Shown piece after piece: positions 36,861 through 47,420 of a stretch of 64,000 nucleotides of DNA. Numbering within the stretch: position 1 is the first letter of the stretch; every line of letters starts with the position of its first letter. Below the pieces are notes generated by a model. That model was not told the origin of the DNA and did no database searches. It worked only from the letters and a program-made list of their open reading frames with translations. The stretch is from assembly GCA_963707125.1 (NCBI GenBank), contig CAVPOU010000007.1, positions 22,333 through 86,332 on the forward strand, written 5' to 3'. A program made the position numbers and the translations under genes. The stretch comes from an uncultured delta proteobacterium. GTDB lineage: Bacteria; Desulfobacterota; DSM-4660; Desulfatiglandales; HGW-15.

Positions 36861-36936
36861 AAGGCGCAAGGTGCAAGGCCGAGAAATCCTACGGATATAG
36901 ATTCCCGTGAACCCTGCGCCGTGTGCCTTGCGCCTT
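36861..36936. repeat. intergenic hairpin element (11-bp perfect arms)
   Basis: AAGGCGCAAGG pairs with CCTTGCGCCTT, flanked by reiterated CAAGG motifs. The right arm touches the purC stop. Confidence 0.55.
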
Positions 36937-37832
36937 TACAGGGGCTGTCCTGTCAAGCGTTCAAGGGCCTCGATATACCTCTTTAGGGTCTTGGAAATGA
37001 TTTCTTGGGGAAGCTTAGGTGGGGGCGGTTGCTTTGACCAGCCCAGGCTGTTTAGGTAATCCCTCAGGAACTGCTTGTCAAAACTCTGCTGCGGTCCACC
37101 GGGCTTGTAGGTGTCCATGGGCCAGAATCTTGAGGAGTCCGGCGTAAGGACTTCGTCAATGAGAATAAGGCGCCTGTCTTTAAAGCCGAACTCAAACTTC
37201 GTGTCCGCGATGATAATGCCTTTCTCGGACGCGAATTCGCTCCCTTTCTGATAGATCTTGAGGCTCAGGTCTTTGATCAGCTCGGCTTGTCGCTGCCCCA
37301 GGATTTCAATCACTTTGGCAAAGGAGATGTTCTCATCATGAATGCCTGCTTCCGCTTTGGTGGAAGGCGTGAAGACGGGTTGAGGGAGTTTCTGGGACTC
37401 TTTGAGACCTTTGGGCAGGGAAATTCCGCACACGCTGCCCGTGGACCGGTAATCGCTCCACCCGGAGCCTGAAAGATAGCCCCGAACAATACATTCCACC
37501 GTAAGAGGAATCGCCTTTTTTACCAGCATGCTCCTGCCTCTGAGGACTTCTTGGTACTTGCGGCAGGGTTCAGGGTAATCACGGGGGTCCGCACTGAGAA
37601 GGTGATTTTCAACAAGGCCTTCCAGAAGCTTGAACCAGAAAAGTGAGATGCGGGTCAGGATCTTTCCTTTGTCCGGGATAGGGTCGTCCATAACGACATC
37701 AAAGGCGGACATCCTGTCACTGGCCACGATCAGGAGCTTGTCGTCCACTTCGTAGACATCTCTCACCTTACCCCGTTTGACCAGTTTGAGATCTGGGAAA
37801 TCCGACTTCAGAAGAACCGGCTCAGACATCAC
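36936..37832 (-). CDS. purC: phosphoribosylaminoimidazole-succinocarboxamide synthase
   Basis: [27 protein letters not shown]. Confidence 0.9.
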   Translation of the reverse strand: MMSEPVLLKSDFPDLKLVKRGKVRDVYEVDDKLLIVASDRMSAFDVVMDDPIPDKGKILTRISLFWFKLLEGLVENHLLSADPRDYPEPCRKYQEVLRGRSMLVKKAIPLTVECIVRGYLSGSGWSDYRSTGSVCGISLPKGLKESQKLPQPVFTPSTKAEAGIHDENISFAKVIEILGQRQAELIKDLSLKIYQKGSEFASEKGIIIADTKFEFGFKDRRLILIDEVLTPDSSRFWPMDTYKPGGPQQSFDKQFLRDYLNSLGWSKQPPPPKLPQEIISKTLKRYIEALERLTGQPL

Positions 37833-38015
37833 TATCTCCTCCTCGCCAAAGCGCCTATTTGGGAAGCGGTATCATTGACTATCCGAAAGTGAATGTCAAG
37901 ATTCTGTAATTCTTAGGTTGAAAGATCACCCGGGATCGATGTAAAATACAAATTCGTTCCGAAGAGGAAAGCCCTCCTCTGTACACACACAGCCCCGTTG
38001 CGAAGAGGATGAGAC

Positions 38016-38327
38016 ATGCTTATTTCAAAGGAGATTCAGGAGACCAGGAACAAAATACTCGATTTCGAGAAAAGGATCGAGGAGATGCACCTCGAATTTC
38101 AGAAATACTGCCAGGGACTTGATCCGCGAATGCCGGACTACGAGCATCTTGAAAGAGAACTTCTTTTTTTCTCACGGCGGAAAATATTCGACCTGGAGCT
38201 CTCCAAACAGCTTGACAGGGTCCTCTACAAATTTCAGAACCGCAAGAGAATATGGGTCCGGTGGGCGGAGGAGTTTCAACAGGGCGTGCGTGAAAAAGCG
38301 CAGGATACCAAATCTCCACAGGGCTGA
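38016..38327 (+). CDS. hypothetical protein
   Basis: 103-aa ORF with charged, coiled-coil-like composition. The antisense ORF 38020-38331 is compositionally poorer. No family recognised. Confidence 0.4.
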   Translation: MLISKEIQETRNKILDFEKRIEEMHLEFQKYCQGLDPRMPDYEHLERELLFFSRRKIFDLELSKQLDRVLYKFQNRKRIWVRWAEEFQQGVREKAQDTKSPQG

Positions 38328-38330
38328 CCA

Positions 38331-38858
38331 TTACGGCCTCTTCTGGTCTTTCAGCTTCTTGATGTATTCCCGATAGAATTCCAGGGTTCGATTCCTGAAA
38401 CGGACCGTCTCTCCAAAGGGCGGGATGCCCTTGTGCTCTTTGATCCTCTGAGGTCCGGCATTGTAAGCCGCGAGGGCGAGGCTTAAATCCCCCTTGTGGT
38501 CCTTCATCAGGCGCAGAAAATACTTGAGGCCATATTCCATGGCCAGTGAAGCATTGAGGCGATCATCGGTGGAGGACTGGAGCAGCTCTTTCCGGTATTA
38601 ATCTGCAAGCAGTTTATCCATCAAGCGGCTGCAGGCCGCATCGTTCAGCCTTTCATCAACCTCGGGATCGAGCTTTGCCCGGTAGAAGAGGAGCTTCTGT
38701 TTCACCCGGGCAAGAGAATGCCTGTAATCCAGGTACAGGGTCCCAATGTTCTGAACATGTTCCCAACTCTATTCTCCTTACAGGGCATGCTGAGCCACGG
38801 CAGGAGAACACCAGAGGAGGTGAAAGGCCAGCAGAAGGACCGGCACAACAAGGCGCAT
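38331..38858 (-). pseudogene. lytic transglycosylase (SLT-domain) remnant with three in-frame stops
   Basis: AGGAGA precedes ATG 38858, giving a signal peptide MRLVVPVLLLAFHLLWCSPAVAQHAL followed by TAA. The same frame continues with a TAG stop and then another TAA before ..LAMEYGLKYFLRLMKDHKGDLSLALAAYNAGPQRI. No catalytic Glu-Ser segment was found. Confidence 0.6.
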
Positions 38859-39051
38859 GATATTCTCCTGAGGAGGCGAGAAAAAAGAAAGAGAAACGGA
38901 TCCAACCATACCCCAGGACGGAAATGAAATCAATCATCTAAAACCCTGATCAGACCCAGGGGCAAGCAGAGGTAGCCGAAGGGTTGACATGAACCGGAGT
39001 CGGCTTATTTTGAATTTGTGCGATTGAAACCAAGCTGAACGGCTGAAATTT

Positions 39052-39216
39052 GTAACTGCTCAGGCGTTTAGGCTGAAGGCTGAAGAATGAAGGGCAATAA
39101 TGATCATCCATGACACAATCACCTGCCAAGGTATCCAAACGATCTTGGCTTTGTGTGATCGCGCATGTGCTTTCCTTCAGTCTATCTACCTTCAGTCTGT
39201 CTACCTGATTAGTTAC
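39052..39216. mobile_element. MITE-like element, copy 2
   Basis: GTAACTGCTCAGG ... CCTGATTAGTTAC. Same orientation and interior as 27225-27384. It lies 47 nt upstream of clpB. Confidence 0.7.
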
Positions 39217-39262
39217 TGAAATTTAAAATATATCGCAAATTTAGATCGCGGAGGATTTAGAG

Positions 39263-41851
39263 ATGCGTTTTGATAAGTTTACACTCAAATCACAGGAAAT
39301 GATCCAGAATGCCCAGCATCTTGCCGAGCGTTTCGGGCACCAGCAGATCGAGCCCGAGCACCTTGCAAGAGCCCTCCTGGAACAAAAGGAGGGAGTGATC
39401 CCGCCTCTTCTCGGAAAGATCGGGGCCAATCAGAACCAGCTCATCAAGGAACTCGAGTCAAGTCTGGAGCAGATGCCGAGCGTATCCGGCTCGGGGACAG
39501 GACAGGTTTACCTGTCTCCCCGGGCAAAGGCCGTTGTGGACAGAGCCTTCGAGGAAGCGAAGCAGATGAAGGATGAATATGTGAGCCTGGAACACATCCT
39601 TCTTGCAGTGCTCGAAGAAAAAGACGGGAAGGCAACGAGAGTCTTTGCCGCCGCCGGAGTGACAAGGGAGGCTGTCCTGAATGCGCTCGTGGAGATCCGG
39701 GGAGGTCAGAGAATCACGGATCAGAATCCTGAAGACAAATACCAGGCCCTTGAGCGATTCAGCCGGGACCTTACGGCCATTGCCTCTAAGGGGAATCTTG
39801 ATCCGGTCATCGGGCGAGACGACGAGATACGCCGTGTGATTCAGGTCCTTTCCAGGAGGACCAAGAACAACCCCGTGCTGATCGGAGAACCCGGCGTAGG
39901 CAAGACCGCCATTGTGGAGGGGCTGGCCCAAAGAATCATCCAGGGAGACGTGCCTGAGACTCTCAAAGGCAAGCGGGTCGTGGCTCTTGACATGGGAGCC
40001 CTCATTGCCGGAGCCAAGTATCGCGGGGAATTTGAAGACAGGCTGAAAGCCGTCCTCAAGGAAATTACCGATGCTCACGGTGGGATCATCCTTTTCATCG
40101 ACGAAATGCACACCCTGGTGGGTGCCGGAGCAGCGGAAGGAGCGGTGGATGCTTCCAACATGCTTAAGCCGGCTCTTGCCAGGGGCGAGCTCCGGTGTGT
40201 GGGCGCCACCACGATCAAGGAGTACAGAAAGCACATTGAGAAAGACGCGGCTCTGGAAAGGCGTTTCCAGCCCGTCGTGGTGGAGGAACCGAGCGTGGAG
40301 GACACCATTTCCATCCTGCGGGGGCTCAAAGAAAAATATGAAGTGCACCATGGGGTGCGCATCAAGGATTCCGCGCTGGTGGCGGCGGCTACCCTGTCTC
40401 ATCGTTACATCACGGATCGTTTCCTGCCGGACAAGGCGATTGATCTCATCGATGAGGCCACGTCCAGGCTGAGGATAGAAATCGACAGCATGCCTGCGGA
40501 GATCGACGCGATTCAGAGAAAGATCACCCAGCTCGAAATCGAAAGAGAGGCCCTGAAGAAGGAGAAGGACCCTGCTTCCCGTGAAAGGCTCGAAAAACTG
40601 GAAAAGGAACTCACGGACCTGAAGGCTGAAAAGGAAGAAATGGGAGGGCACTGGAAAAAGGAGAAAGAAGCGATCGCTAAGATCAGAGAGATCAAGGAGA
40701 AGCTCGAATCCACGCGGATCGAGGCCCAGCTGGCCGAGCGACAGGGAGATCTCTCAAGGGCTGCGGAACTGAAGTACGGAACACTGATTGCCCTGGAAAA
40801 GAGCCTGGAGCAGGAGAAAAAGAAGCTGGAGCAACTCCAGGTAGACCTGAAAATGCTGAAAGAAGAAGTGGACTCTGAGGACATCGCCGAGGTGGTTGGA
40901 AAATGGACAGGCATCCCTGTGAGCCGGCTGATGGAAGGAGAGAGGGAAAAACTCCTCAACATGGAAGATCGTCTTGAGCGGCGTGTGATCGGTCAGAAGC
41001 AAGGGATCATCGCTGTGGCCAATGCCGTGCGAAGAGCCCGCTCCGGTCTCCAGGATCCCAACCGTCCCATGGGTTCCTTTATCTTCATGGGACCCACGGG
41101 GGTCGGAAAGACGGAACTGGGCAGGGCTCTTGCGGAGTTTCTCTTTGACGACGAGAAGACCATGATCCGCCTGGACATGTCCGAATACATGGAGAAGCAC
41201 TCGGTGGCCAGGTTAATCGGCGCTCCTCCGGGCTACGTGGGGTATGAGGAAGGAGGGCAGCTCACCGAGGCCGTGCGACGGCATCCTTACTCGGTGGTGC
41301 TTTTTGACGAAATCGAGAAGGCGCACCCCGACGTGTTCAATGCGCTCCTCCAGATTCTGGATGATGGGAGAATGACGGACGGGAAAGGCCGCACCGTGGA
41401 TTTCAAGAACACCGTGATCATCATGACTTCCAATGTGGGGAGTCAGTGGATCTATGAGCTGGCCGGAAAAGACAACAAGGAGCTGGAGAGCCGGGTCATG
41501 GACGCCCTGCGAAGCACCTTCAGACCCGAATTTCTAAACCGCATTGACGAGATTGTGATCTTCAATTCGCTCGGAACCGAAGAGATCAAGAAGATCGTTG
41601 ACATTCAGATCGCCTATTTGTCCAAGCGACTGGAGGCTAACAAGATGACCCTTGCCCTGACGGACCGGGCCAGGGAGTTTCTGGCAAAGACGGGCTTTGA
41701 TCCTGTTTACGGCGCAAGACCTCTCAAGAGAACGATCCAGCACATGATCCAGAACCCTCTTGCCGTCAAGGTTCTGAACGGAAGCACTAAAGATGGGGAC
41801 CGGATCACGGTGGATGTGGAAAAAGGAGAAATGGTTTTCAGAACGAAATAG
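39263..41851 (+). CDS. clpB: ATP-dependent chaperone ClpB
   Basis: Two AAA modules ([16 protein letters not shown]) with a long coiled-coil middle domain. Confidence 0.95.
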   Translation: MRFDKFTLKSQEMIQNAQHLAERFGHQQIEPEHLARALLEQKEGVIPPLLGKIGANQNQLIKELESSLEQMPSVSGSGTGQVYLSPRAKAVVDRAFEEAKQMKDEYVSLEHILLAVLEEKDGKATRVFAAAGVTREAVLNALVEIRGGQRITDQNPEDKYQALERFSRDLTAIASKGNLDPVIGRDDEIRRVIQVLSRRTKNNPVLIGEPGVGKTAIVEGLAQRIIQGDVPETLKGKRVVALDMGALIAGAKYRGEFEDRLKAVLKEITDAHGGIILFIDEMHTLVGAGAAEGAVDASNMLKPALARGELRCVGATTIKEYRKHIEKDAALERRFQPVVVEEPSVEDTISILRGLKEKYEVHHGVRIKDSALVAAATLSHRYITDRFLPDKAIDLIDEATSRLRIEIDSMPAEIDAIQRKITQLEIEREALKKEKDPASRERLEKLEKELTDLKAEKEEMGGHWKKEKEAIAKIREIKEKLESTRIEAQLAERQGDLSRAAELKYGTLIALEKSLEQEKKKLEQLQVDLKMLKEEVDSEDIAEVVGKWTGIPVSRLMEGEREKLLNMEDRLERRVIGQKQGIIAVANAVRRARSGLQDPNRPMGSFIFMGPTGVGKTELGRALAEFLFDDEKTMIRLDMSEYMEKHSVARLIGAPPGYVGYEEGGQLTEAVRRHPYSVVLFDEIEKAHPDVFNALLQILDDGRMTDGKGRTVDFKNTVIIMTSNVGSQWIYELAGKDNKELESRVMDALRSTFRPEFLNRIDEIVIFNSLGTEEIKKIVDIQIAYLSKRLEANKMTLALTDRAREFLAKTGFDPVYGARPLKRTIQHMIQNPLAVKVLNGSTKDGDRITVDVEKGEMVFRTK

Positions 41852-42285
41852 GAAGAAAGGGGCAGGCAAAGGTGCAAAGGCGAGCAGAAAAGCCTCTCAA
41901 ACTTCGGTTTGCCGAAAGCTTCTACCTCTTGTGAAGGCTCAAGCCCTCTCTGCAGTTTGTCTCTCAGCTTCAGAGAACATTGGAAAGTCACGATCCTGCG
42001 TGATTCTAAAACGATTTGTTCTCCTGTCTTGGGGTTTCTTCCTTTCCTCGCCCATTTGAACTTGACTTTGAATTTCCCGAAGCCGGAGACCAGCACCTGG
42101 TCTCCTCTTTCAAGGGCTTTTTTGATGATTTCAACAGTGGCGTCTACAAGTTCTGTAGCCCGCTTCTTGGAGAGTTGCGTGTAACCAAACTCAGGGAAGA
42201 GAAGCTGCTGTTTGTCCTTCCTGGTTTGTTTGAGGCGAACCGTTTCCATCACACTCTTTGAGAGGTCCTCTTTGGTCAGCGCCAT
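41707..42285 (-). CDS. IHF/HU-family DNA-binding protein with an unusual ~85-aa C-terminal run-on
   Basis: [70 protein letters not shown] is the IHF/HU fold. The ORF then continues 145 nt into the convergent clpB 3' end. Confidence 0.65.
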   Translation of the reverse strand: MALTKEDLSKSVMETVRLKQTRKDKQQLLFPEFGYTQLSKKRATELVDATVEIIKKALERGDQVLVSGFGKFKVKFKWARKGRNPKTGEQIVLESRRIVTFQCSLKLRDKLQRGLEPSQEVEAFGKPKFERLFCSPLHLCLPLSSYFVLKTISPFSTSTVIRSPSLVLPFRTLTARGFWIMCWIVLLRGLAP

Positions 42286-42356
42286 CGCAGCCTCGCACTC
42301 GAAAATGTCTTTGATTCTGATTAGTTATTGGAAATAAATGACACATCTGCTAGATT

Positions 42357-43436
42357 TTGTCAATCGACTATTGTGATTTCTTGATGCTATCTAAGAAACA
42401 ACTGAGAGAAATTGATCAGTCTATGGCCAAGCCATCCTTCACTGCACGGCTCGTGAATCCTCCCTTTTACGATCCGGGCCTTTTCATTTCCTTCCTGTTT
42501 CAGCGAAGAGCCATCCTCTTTGATCTCGGAGACCTCCACGCCCTTTCTGCGAAAGAACTCCTCAAGGTCGACCTTGTTTTTGTGACTCACACGCACATGG
42601 ATCATTTCGTGGGGTTCGACACCCTGCTCCGGGTTTCTCTGGGTCGTGAAAAGGAGCTTCATCTTTTCGGGCCTGAGGGTTTTTTTGAACGCGTGGAAGG
42701 AAAGCTCGCGGGCTACACCTGGAACCTGGTAGGCGAATATCCTTATAGCCTCCAACTGAGGGTAACGGAGGTTGACGAGGAACGATGCAGGACAAGAGTT
42801 TACCTGTGTAGAGACCGTTTCCTCCCGGCAGGGAAGGAGGAGGAAGCTCCTTTTACCCGCCTCCTCATAAAAGAACCCGCCTTTCGCATAGAAGCGGCTT
42901 TACTGAATCACCGCATTCCCTGTCTGGGGCTTTCCCTGATCGAGGACTTCTCAGTCAACATCGACAAGGAAGCTCTGAAAACTCTGGATCTTCCTGTCGG
43001 GCCTTGGCTGACTTCATTCAAGAAGGCGGTGCGCGAGAAAAAGGATCCGGGCGAAGCTTTTTCAGTGGTCTGGGAGGAGGAAGGCAAGATCCTAGGAGAA
43101 AAAACATTCCCCTTTGGTGAACTCGCAGGAAAGATCGCCCGAATCTCTCCGGGCCGGAAGGTGACCTACCTCACAGACCTTTTGGGCAGTCCGGAGAACC
43201 TTGAAAAGGCCGTGCAACTCGCCCGCAATGCAGACCACCTTTTTGTGGAAGCCGCGTTTCTGGACCGGGACAGGGAAACCGCAATGACAAAGTGTCACCT
43301 GACGGCTAAAGAGGCGGGGACTGTTGCCAAAAAAGCCGGGGTCAAGCAAATGACCCTTTTCCATTTCTCTCCTCGCTACAGTGATCTGGAAGAAGAGATC
43401 CGGAAGGAGGCCATGGAAGCCTTTTGCAAAAGCTAA
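42357..43436 (+). CDS. metallo-beta-lactamase-fold hydrolase (RNase Z-like)
   Basis: VFVTHTHMDHFVGFDTLL (HxHxDH). The more likely start is Met at 42423 (MAKPSFTARLVNPPF). Confidence 0.8.
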   Translation: MSIDYCDFLMLSKKQLREIDQSMAKPSFTARLVNPPFYDPGLFISFLFQRRAILFDLGDLHALSAKELLKVDLVFVTHTHMDHFVGFDTLLRVSLGREKELHLFGPEGFFERVEGKLAGYTWNLVGEYPYSLQLRVTEVDEERCRTRVYLCRDRFLPAGKEEEAPFTRLLIKEPAFRIEAALLNHRIPCLGLSLIEDFSVNIDKEALKTLDLPVGPWLTSFKKAVREKKDPGEAFSVVWEEEGKILGEKTFPFGELAGKIARISPGRKVTYLTDLLGSPENLEKAVQLARNADHLFVEAAFLDRDRETAMTKCHLTAKEAGTVAKKAGVKQMTLFHFSPRYSDLEEEIRKEAMEAFCKS

Positions 43437-43491
43437 CTTCGGATCCGATAGCTCCGCGTTTTTTCGTTTTGGTTATCACGGCGGAAATCGC

Positions 43492-43520
43492 TTGACAAGG
43501 AAATCCTTTGGGGTTAATAA
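43492..43520 (+). promoter_or_regulatory. sigma70-type promoter for the rpsF operon
   Basis: TTGACA (43492-43497), a 17-nt spacer, then TAATAA (43515-43520). The ~105-nt leader has several short GC stems. Confidence 0.5.
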
Positions 43521-43628
43521 ATAACATTTTAAGACTTTTGTCTCCTTGTTCCGCTCAAGGATTTCTTAGCCCAGGGAGCGGGACCTAACCCCCTGAACGG
43601 GGAAATTGTCCGAAGGGAGAAGGGAAGA

Positions 43629-44060
43629 ATGAGAAATTACGAAACCATTATTATCATCAACCCGACCCTAGGGGAAGAGGACTACAAAGAGGTCCTCAAG
43701 AAGTACAGTACCCTGGTGGAGAGGCAGAAGGGACTCATTGTCAGAATTGAAGAATGGGGGGTCCAGAGGCTCGCCCACGCGGTTAAGAAGTTTGACAAGG
43801 GTGCCTTTGTCCTCATGAATTACTGTGGTCCGTCGAGTGTCACGTCAGAGCTGGAGAGGGATCTCAAACTGGATGACCGGATTTTCAGATTCCAGACGGT
43901 CAAGATTGCCGAGGACGTCGATCCCCAGGAACTGATCCTGAAAGAAAAAGAGAAGAAGAAAGAGCCGGCCGTGAAGCAGGAAGTCCCTGCCCAGAGCGAA
44001 GCTGCGGTTCAGGATCAGGGAACCCAACCCGAGAAAGAGGTGAGCGACCATGATGGATAA
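43629..44060 (+). CDS. rpsF: 30S ribosomal protein S6 (acidic/K-rich C-terminal tail)
   Basis: [26 protein letters not shown]...[11 protein letters not shown]. Confidence 0.9.
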   Translation: MRNYETIIIINPTLGEEDYKEVLKKYSTLVERQKGLIVRIEEWGVQRLAHAVKKFDKGAFVLMNYCGPSSVTSELERDLKLDDRIFRFQTVKIAEDVDPQELILKEKEKKKEPAVKQEVPAQSEAAVQDQGTQPEKEVSDHDG

Positions 44061-44298
44061 AGGTAGACGCAAAATGCCCTATCATAGGCGAAAGGTTTGT
44101 CGCTACTGTGCGGACAGCAGCCTGGCGATTGATTATAAGGACCCGAGGACCCTGAGGTTGTTCACCACGGAGCGCGGCAAGATCATCCCTCGTCGAATTT
44201 CCGGTAACTGTGCCAAGCATCAGCGAAGGATCAGCCTTGCCGTCAAGAGGGCTCGTAACATCGCCCTTCTGCCCTACACGACGGCTACCGTCAAGTGA
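44050..44298 (+). CDS. rpsR: 30S ribosomal protein S18
   Basis: [57 protein letters not shown]. Confidence 0.9.
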   Translation: MMDKGRRKMPYHRRKVCRYCADSSLAIDYKDPRTLRLFTTERGKIIPRRISGNCAKHQRRISLAVKRARNIALLPYTTATVK

Positions 44299-44372
44299 GA
44301 TAAGGGCAGGAGAAAATCCCTGAACGCAAAGCCTCTCCTCTCGGCTAGAGGGGTCGCCTGTCCGAAGAACCG

Positions 44373-45311
44373 ATGAAAGCGCATCATGTCCTGGGGTGTG
44401 TTGGAACAGCGATGGTGCTGCTCCTTGCCTCAGTCTGGATTCCTATCGCGGGTCCATTCTTCAGCTTGCTCACCCCTCTGCCCTTTCTCTACTATTCAGC
44501 GAAGCTCGGCGTTTCTCAAGCGGTGAAGCTCACCTGTGTCAGCATCCTCGTTACAGGCTTGATCGCGGCGATCACGAGGCAGTCTCAGCTCATTTTCCTG
44601 TGCTTTGAATTCAGCGTGCTCGGTTTGATCCTGTCGGAAATCTTCAGAAGAAAAATGAGCATTGGCACCTCTGTCCTGCTGGGGACCTGCCTTCTGCTCT
44701 TGATGGGCCTCCTCGTGCTTGCCGTAGCGGGCCTGAGGAAGAACTTGGGGCCCCTGGAAATGGTTTATGCCTATTTGCTGGAGAGTCTTGAGGAGACCGC
44801 TCGACTCTACAGCCAGGTGGGCGCGGATCCCGAGAAGGCCGGTGCATTTCAGGAAACCCTCAAAGCCTTGAAGGAAGTGGTTGCCCTGATCTACCCGTCT
44901 CTCATGATTGTGGGGAGCGCTTTTGTGGTCTGGCTGAACGTGATCATGAGCCGGCCCCTGTTTATCAAAAGGAACCTGGAGGTCCCTGATTTCGGGGCGC
45001 TGGATCGGTGGAAGAGCCCAGAACTCATGGTCTGGGGGTTGATCGCTGCGGGTTTTTCTTTATTTTTGTCCTTTTCTCCTTTAAGATTGGTGGCCGTCAA
45101 TGCTCTTGTGATCATGCTGGCCATTTATTTTTTTCACGGCCTCTCTGTTCTCTTGTTCTATTTGAACAAATACCGAGTTCCCCCGTGGATGAGAGTCGGA
45201 GTCTACGCGCTCATCGTGCTTCAGCAGATTCTCGTGGTCGGGGTGACGATGGCCGGTCTGTTTGACCAGTGGATAGACCTCAGGCGAATTCATCAGAAAA
45301 AACCCAGCTAG
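44373..45311 (+). CDS. DUF2232 (YybS-like) polytopic membrane protein
   Basis: Multi-TM protein located between rpsR and rplI, as yybS is in Bacillus. Family assignment is from memory. Confidence 0.65.
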   Translation: MKAHHVLGCVGTAMVLLLASVWIPIAGPFFSLLTPLPFLYYSAKLGVSQAVKLTCVSILVTGLIAAITRQSQLIFLCFEFSVLGLILSEIFRRKMSIGTSVLLGTCLLLLMGLLVLAVAGLRKNLGPLEMVYAYLLESLEETARLYSQVGADPEKAGAFQETLKALKEVVALIYPSLMIVGSAFVVWLNVIMSRPLFIKRNLEVPDFGALDRWKSPELMVWGLIAAGFSLFLSFSPLRLVAVNALVIMLAIYFFHGLSVLLFYLNKYRVPPWMRVGVYALIVLQQILVVGVTMAGLFDQWIDLRRIHQKKPS

Positions 45312-45324
45312 GGAGGAGAAATTC

Positions 45325-45771
45325 ATGAAGGTTGTTCTGACGCAGGATATGGAATCCTTGGGCCTCGGAGGCGAGATCGTCAATGTGGCGAAAGGATATG
45401 CGAGAAACTATCTGATCCCCCGAGGGATGGCCCTTGAGGCCACGGAACAGAACATCAAGCTCACGGAGAGGCAAAGGAAGAACATTGAGATCAAGAGAAT
45501 CAAAGCCAAAGAGGAGGCTTTGAAAGTGAAAGAAAGGCTCTCCGGAATTTCCGTGACCATCGCGCAGAAAGTCGGAGAAGAAGACAAGCTCTACGGGTCG
45601 GTGACGACCATGGATATTGCCGAGCAGCTTGAGAAACAAGGAATCACCGTGGAGCGGAGAAGAATGGTTCTGGACAAACCCATCAAGACCCTAGGGGACT
45701 TTACCGTGACGGTGAAGCTCCATCCGGACGTGAGCGCGTCCATCAAGGTGGTCGTTGTTCCTGAAGCGTAG
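45325..45771 (+). CDS. rplI: 50S ribosomal protein L9
   Basis: MKVVLTQDMESLGLGGEIVNVAKGYARNYLIPRGMA. Confidence 0.9.
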   Translation: MKVVLTQDMESLGLGGEIVNVAKGYARNYLIPRGMALEATEQNIKLTERQRKNIEIKRIKAKEEALKVKERLSGISVTIAQKVGEEDKLYGSVTTMDIAEQLEKQGITVERRRMVLDKPIKTLGDFTVTVKLHPDVSASIKVVVVPEA

Positions 45772-45791
45772 GATCGAGAACAGGTGCAGGA

Positions 45792-47177
45792 GTGAGGTCG
45801 GGCATGGCTCAGCAGGCCAAAGAGAAAGGGGTTCCTTCTCCCCTCAAAGTTCCTCCCCAGAACGTGGAGGCTGAACAGACGATCCTGGCAGGGGTTCTCA
45901 TCAACAACGATGCCCTCAACCAGATCGTCGACGTGCTGTCTCCGGAGGATTTTTACCGAGAGGGACATGCCCACCTTTTCGAAGGGATGATCGAGCTCTA
46001 CAACAAGAACGAGCCCATTGATCTCATCACCCTTCCCCAGTTTCTGAGGGAAAAAGGTCTGCTGGAGAAAGCGGGAGGCATGGACTACCTTGCTTCCCTT
46101 GTCGACGCGGTATCCACTTCTGCCGGGATTCTCTTCCACGCTCAGATCGTTCGGGACCTCTCGGTTCGAAGAAAGCTGATCAGCCAGTGCTCGGTCATCT
46201 CTGAGGCGTGTTTTCAGAACTGGAAGCCCACGGAAGATCTCCTGGAGATGGCGGAGCAGTCGATCTTCGACATTGCCGAAGACAAGATTGGAGAGAGCTT
46301 CTCCACCCTGGAGCAGGTGATCAAGGGGAGTTTCAGGAAGCTCGAGAGCGTGGCGGAACACGAGGGGTTCATTACCGGAGTGCCGACGGGCTTCAAAGAC
46401 TTCGATCGTTACACCGCAGGGCTGCAGCCGTCGGATCTCATCATCCTTGCCGGCAGGCCGAGCACAGGAAAAACGGCTCTGGCTCTCAACATCGGTTACA
46501 ACGCGGCTGTGGAGACCAAAAAGGGGGTAGCGGTCTTTTCCCTGGAAATGGCAAAACTGCAGCTCGGCATGAGACTTCTCGGTTTTCACTCAGGAATCGA
46601 TGCGACCAAGCTGAGGACAGGATTTTTGAGGGACTCGGACTGGCACAAGCTGACCGAATCGGCCAATCAGCTTTCAGAACTCCCCATGTACATTGATGAC
46701 ACTTCCAATTTGACCGTCCTTGAGATGAAGGCCAAGTGCCGAAGGCTCTTGAAGAGGCGTGACCTGGCCCTGGTGATCATTGACTATCTCCAGCTGATGC
46801 AGGGGAGAAGGAACGTGGAATCGCGGCAGATGGAGATATCGGAAATATCGCGTTCCCTGAAAGCCCTTGCCAAGGACTTGAATGTTCCGGTCATGGCTCT
46901 GTCCCAGCTGAACAGGAAAGTGGAGGACCGGCCGAACAAGAGACCCCAGCTGGCTGATCTTCGCGAAAGCGGCGCGATCGAGCAGGATGCCGATGTGATT
47001 GCCTTCATTTACCGTGACGAACTCTATCATCCTGAGTCGGATGAGAACCGGAACATGGCGGAGATCATTATTGCCAAACAGAGAAACGGGCCGACCGGAT
47101 TTTTCAAAATGACCTTCCAAAAGGAATTGACCCGGTTCAGGGACTATGCAGGCGAAGAGGAGTATGGTACCGCTTAG
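45792..47177 (+). CDS. dnaB: replicative DNA helicase DnaB
   Basis: PPQNVEAEQTILAGVL, LAGRPSTGKTALALN (Walker A), VIIDYLQLM. Confidence 0.9.
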   Translation: MRSGMAQQAKEKGVPSPLKVPPQNVEAEQTILAGVLINNDALNQIVDVLSPEDFYREGHAHLFEGMIELYNKNEPIDLITLPQFLREKGLLEKAGGMDYLASLVDAVSTSAGILFHAQIVRDLSVRRKLISQCSVISEACFQNWKPTEDLLEMAEQSIFDIAEDKIGESFSTLEQVIKGSFRKLESVAEHEGFITGVPTGFKDFDRYTAGLQPSDLIILAGRPSTGKTALALNIGYNAAVETKKGVAVFSLEMAKLQLGMRLLGFHSGIDATKLRTGFLRDSDWHKLTESANQLSELPMYIDDTSNLTVLEMKAKCRRLLKRRDLALVIIDYLQLMQGRRNVESRQMEISEISRSLKALAKDLNVPVMALSQLNRKVEDRPNKRPQLADLRESGAIEQDADVIAFIYRDELYHPESDENRNMAEIIIAKQRNGPTGFFKMTFQKELTRFRDYAGEEEYGTA

Positions 47178-47420
47178 AGGAATTGGTGAAAAACGCCCAG
47201 CACCTGCGTTGGCCTCCTTTCCGTAGCGAGCAATTGTAAGAAAGGACTAGGATGACGATGACGGATTCAGTCGGAAGGCATCGAAAACCGTTTTTTGTTT
47301 TGCTCAGTCCTCAGTCCTCATGCCTCGTTACCTTGTTGTGCGCCGTGCACCATTCTTAGTCTTGAGGTTTGACATATCGATCGAGTTTATGGCAAAACAG
47401 GCGGCTTAAAAGCCGGCCAG

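Noticed and set aside
36756-36935. CIRCE/HrcA operator upstream of grpE-dnaK
   Set aside because: No TTAGCACTC-N9-GAGTGCTAA-like inverted repeat is present. The inverted repeat there is the CAAGG-type intergenic element.
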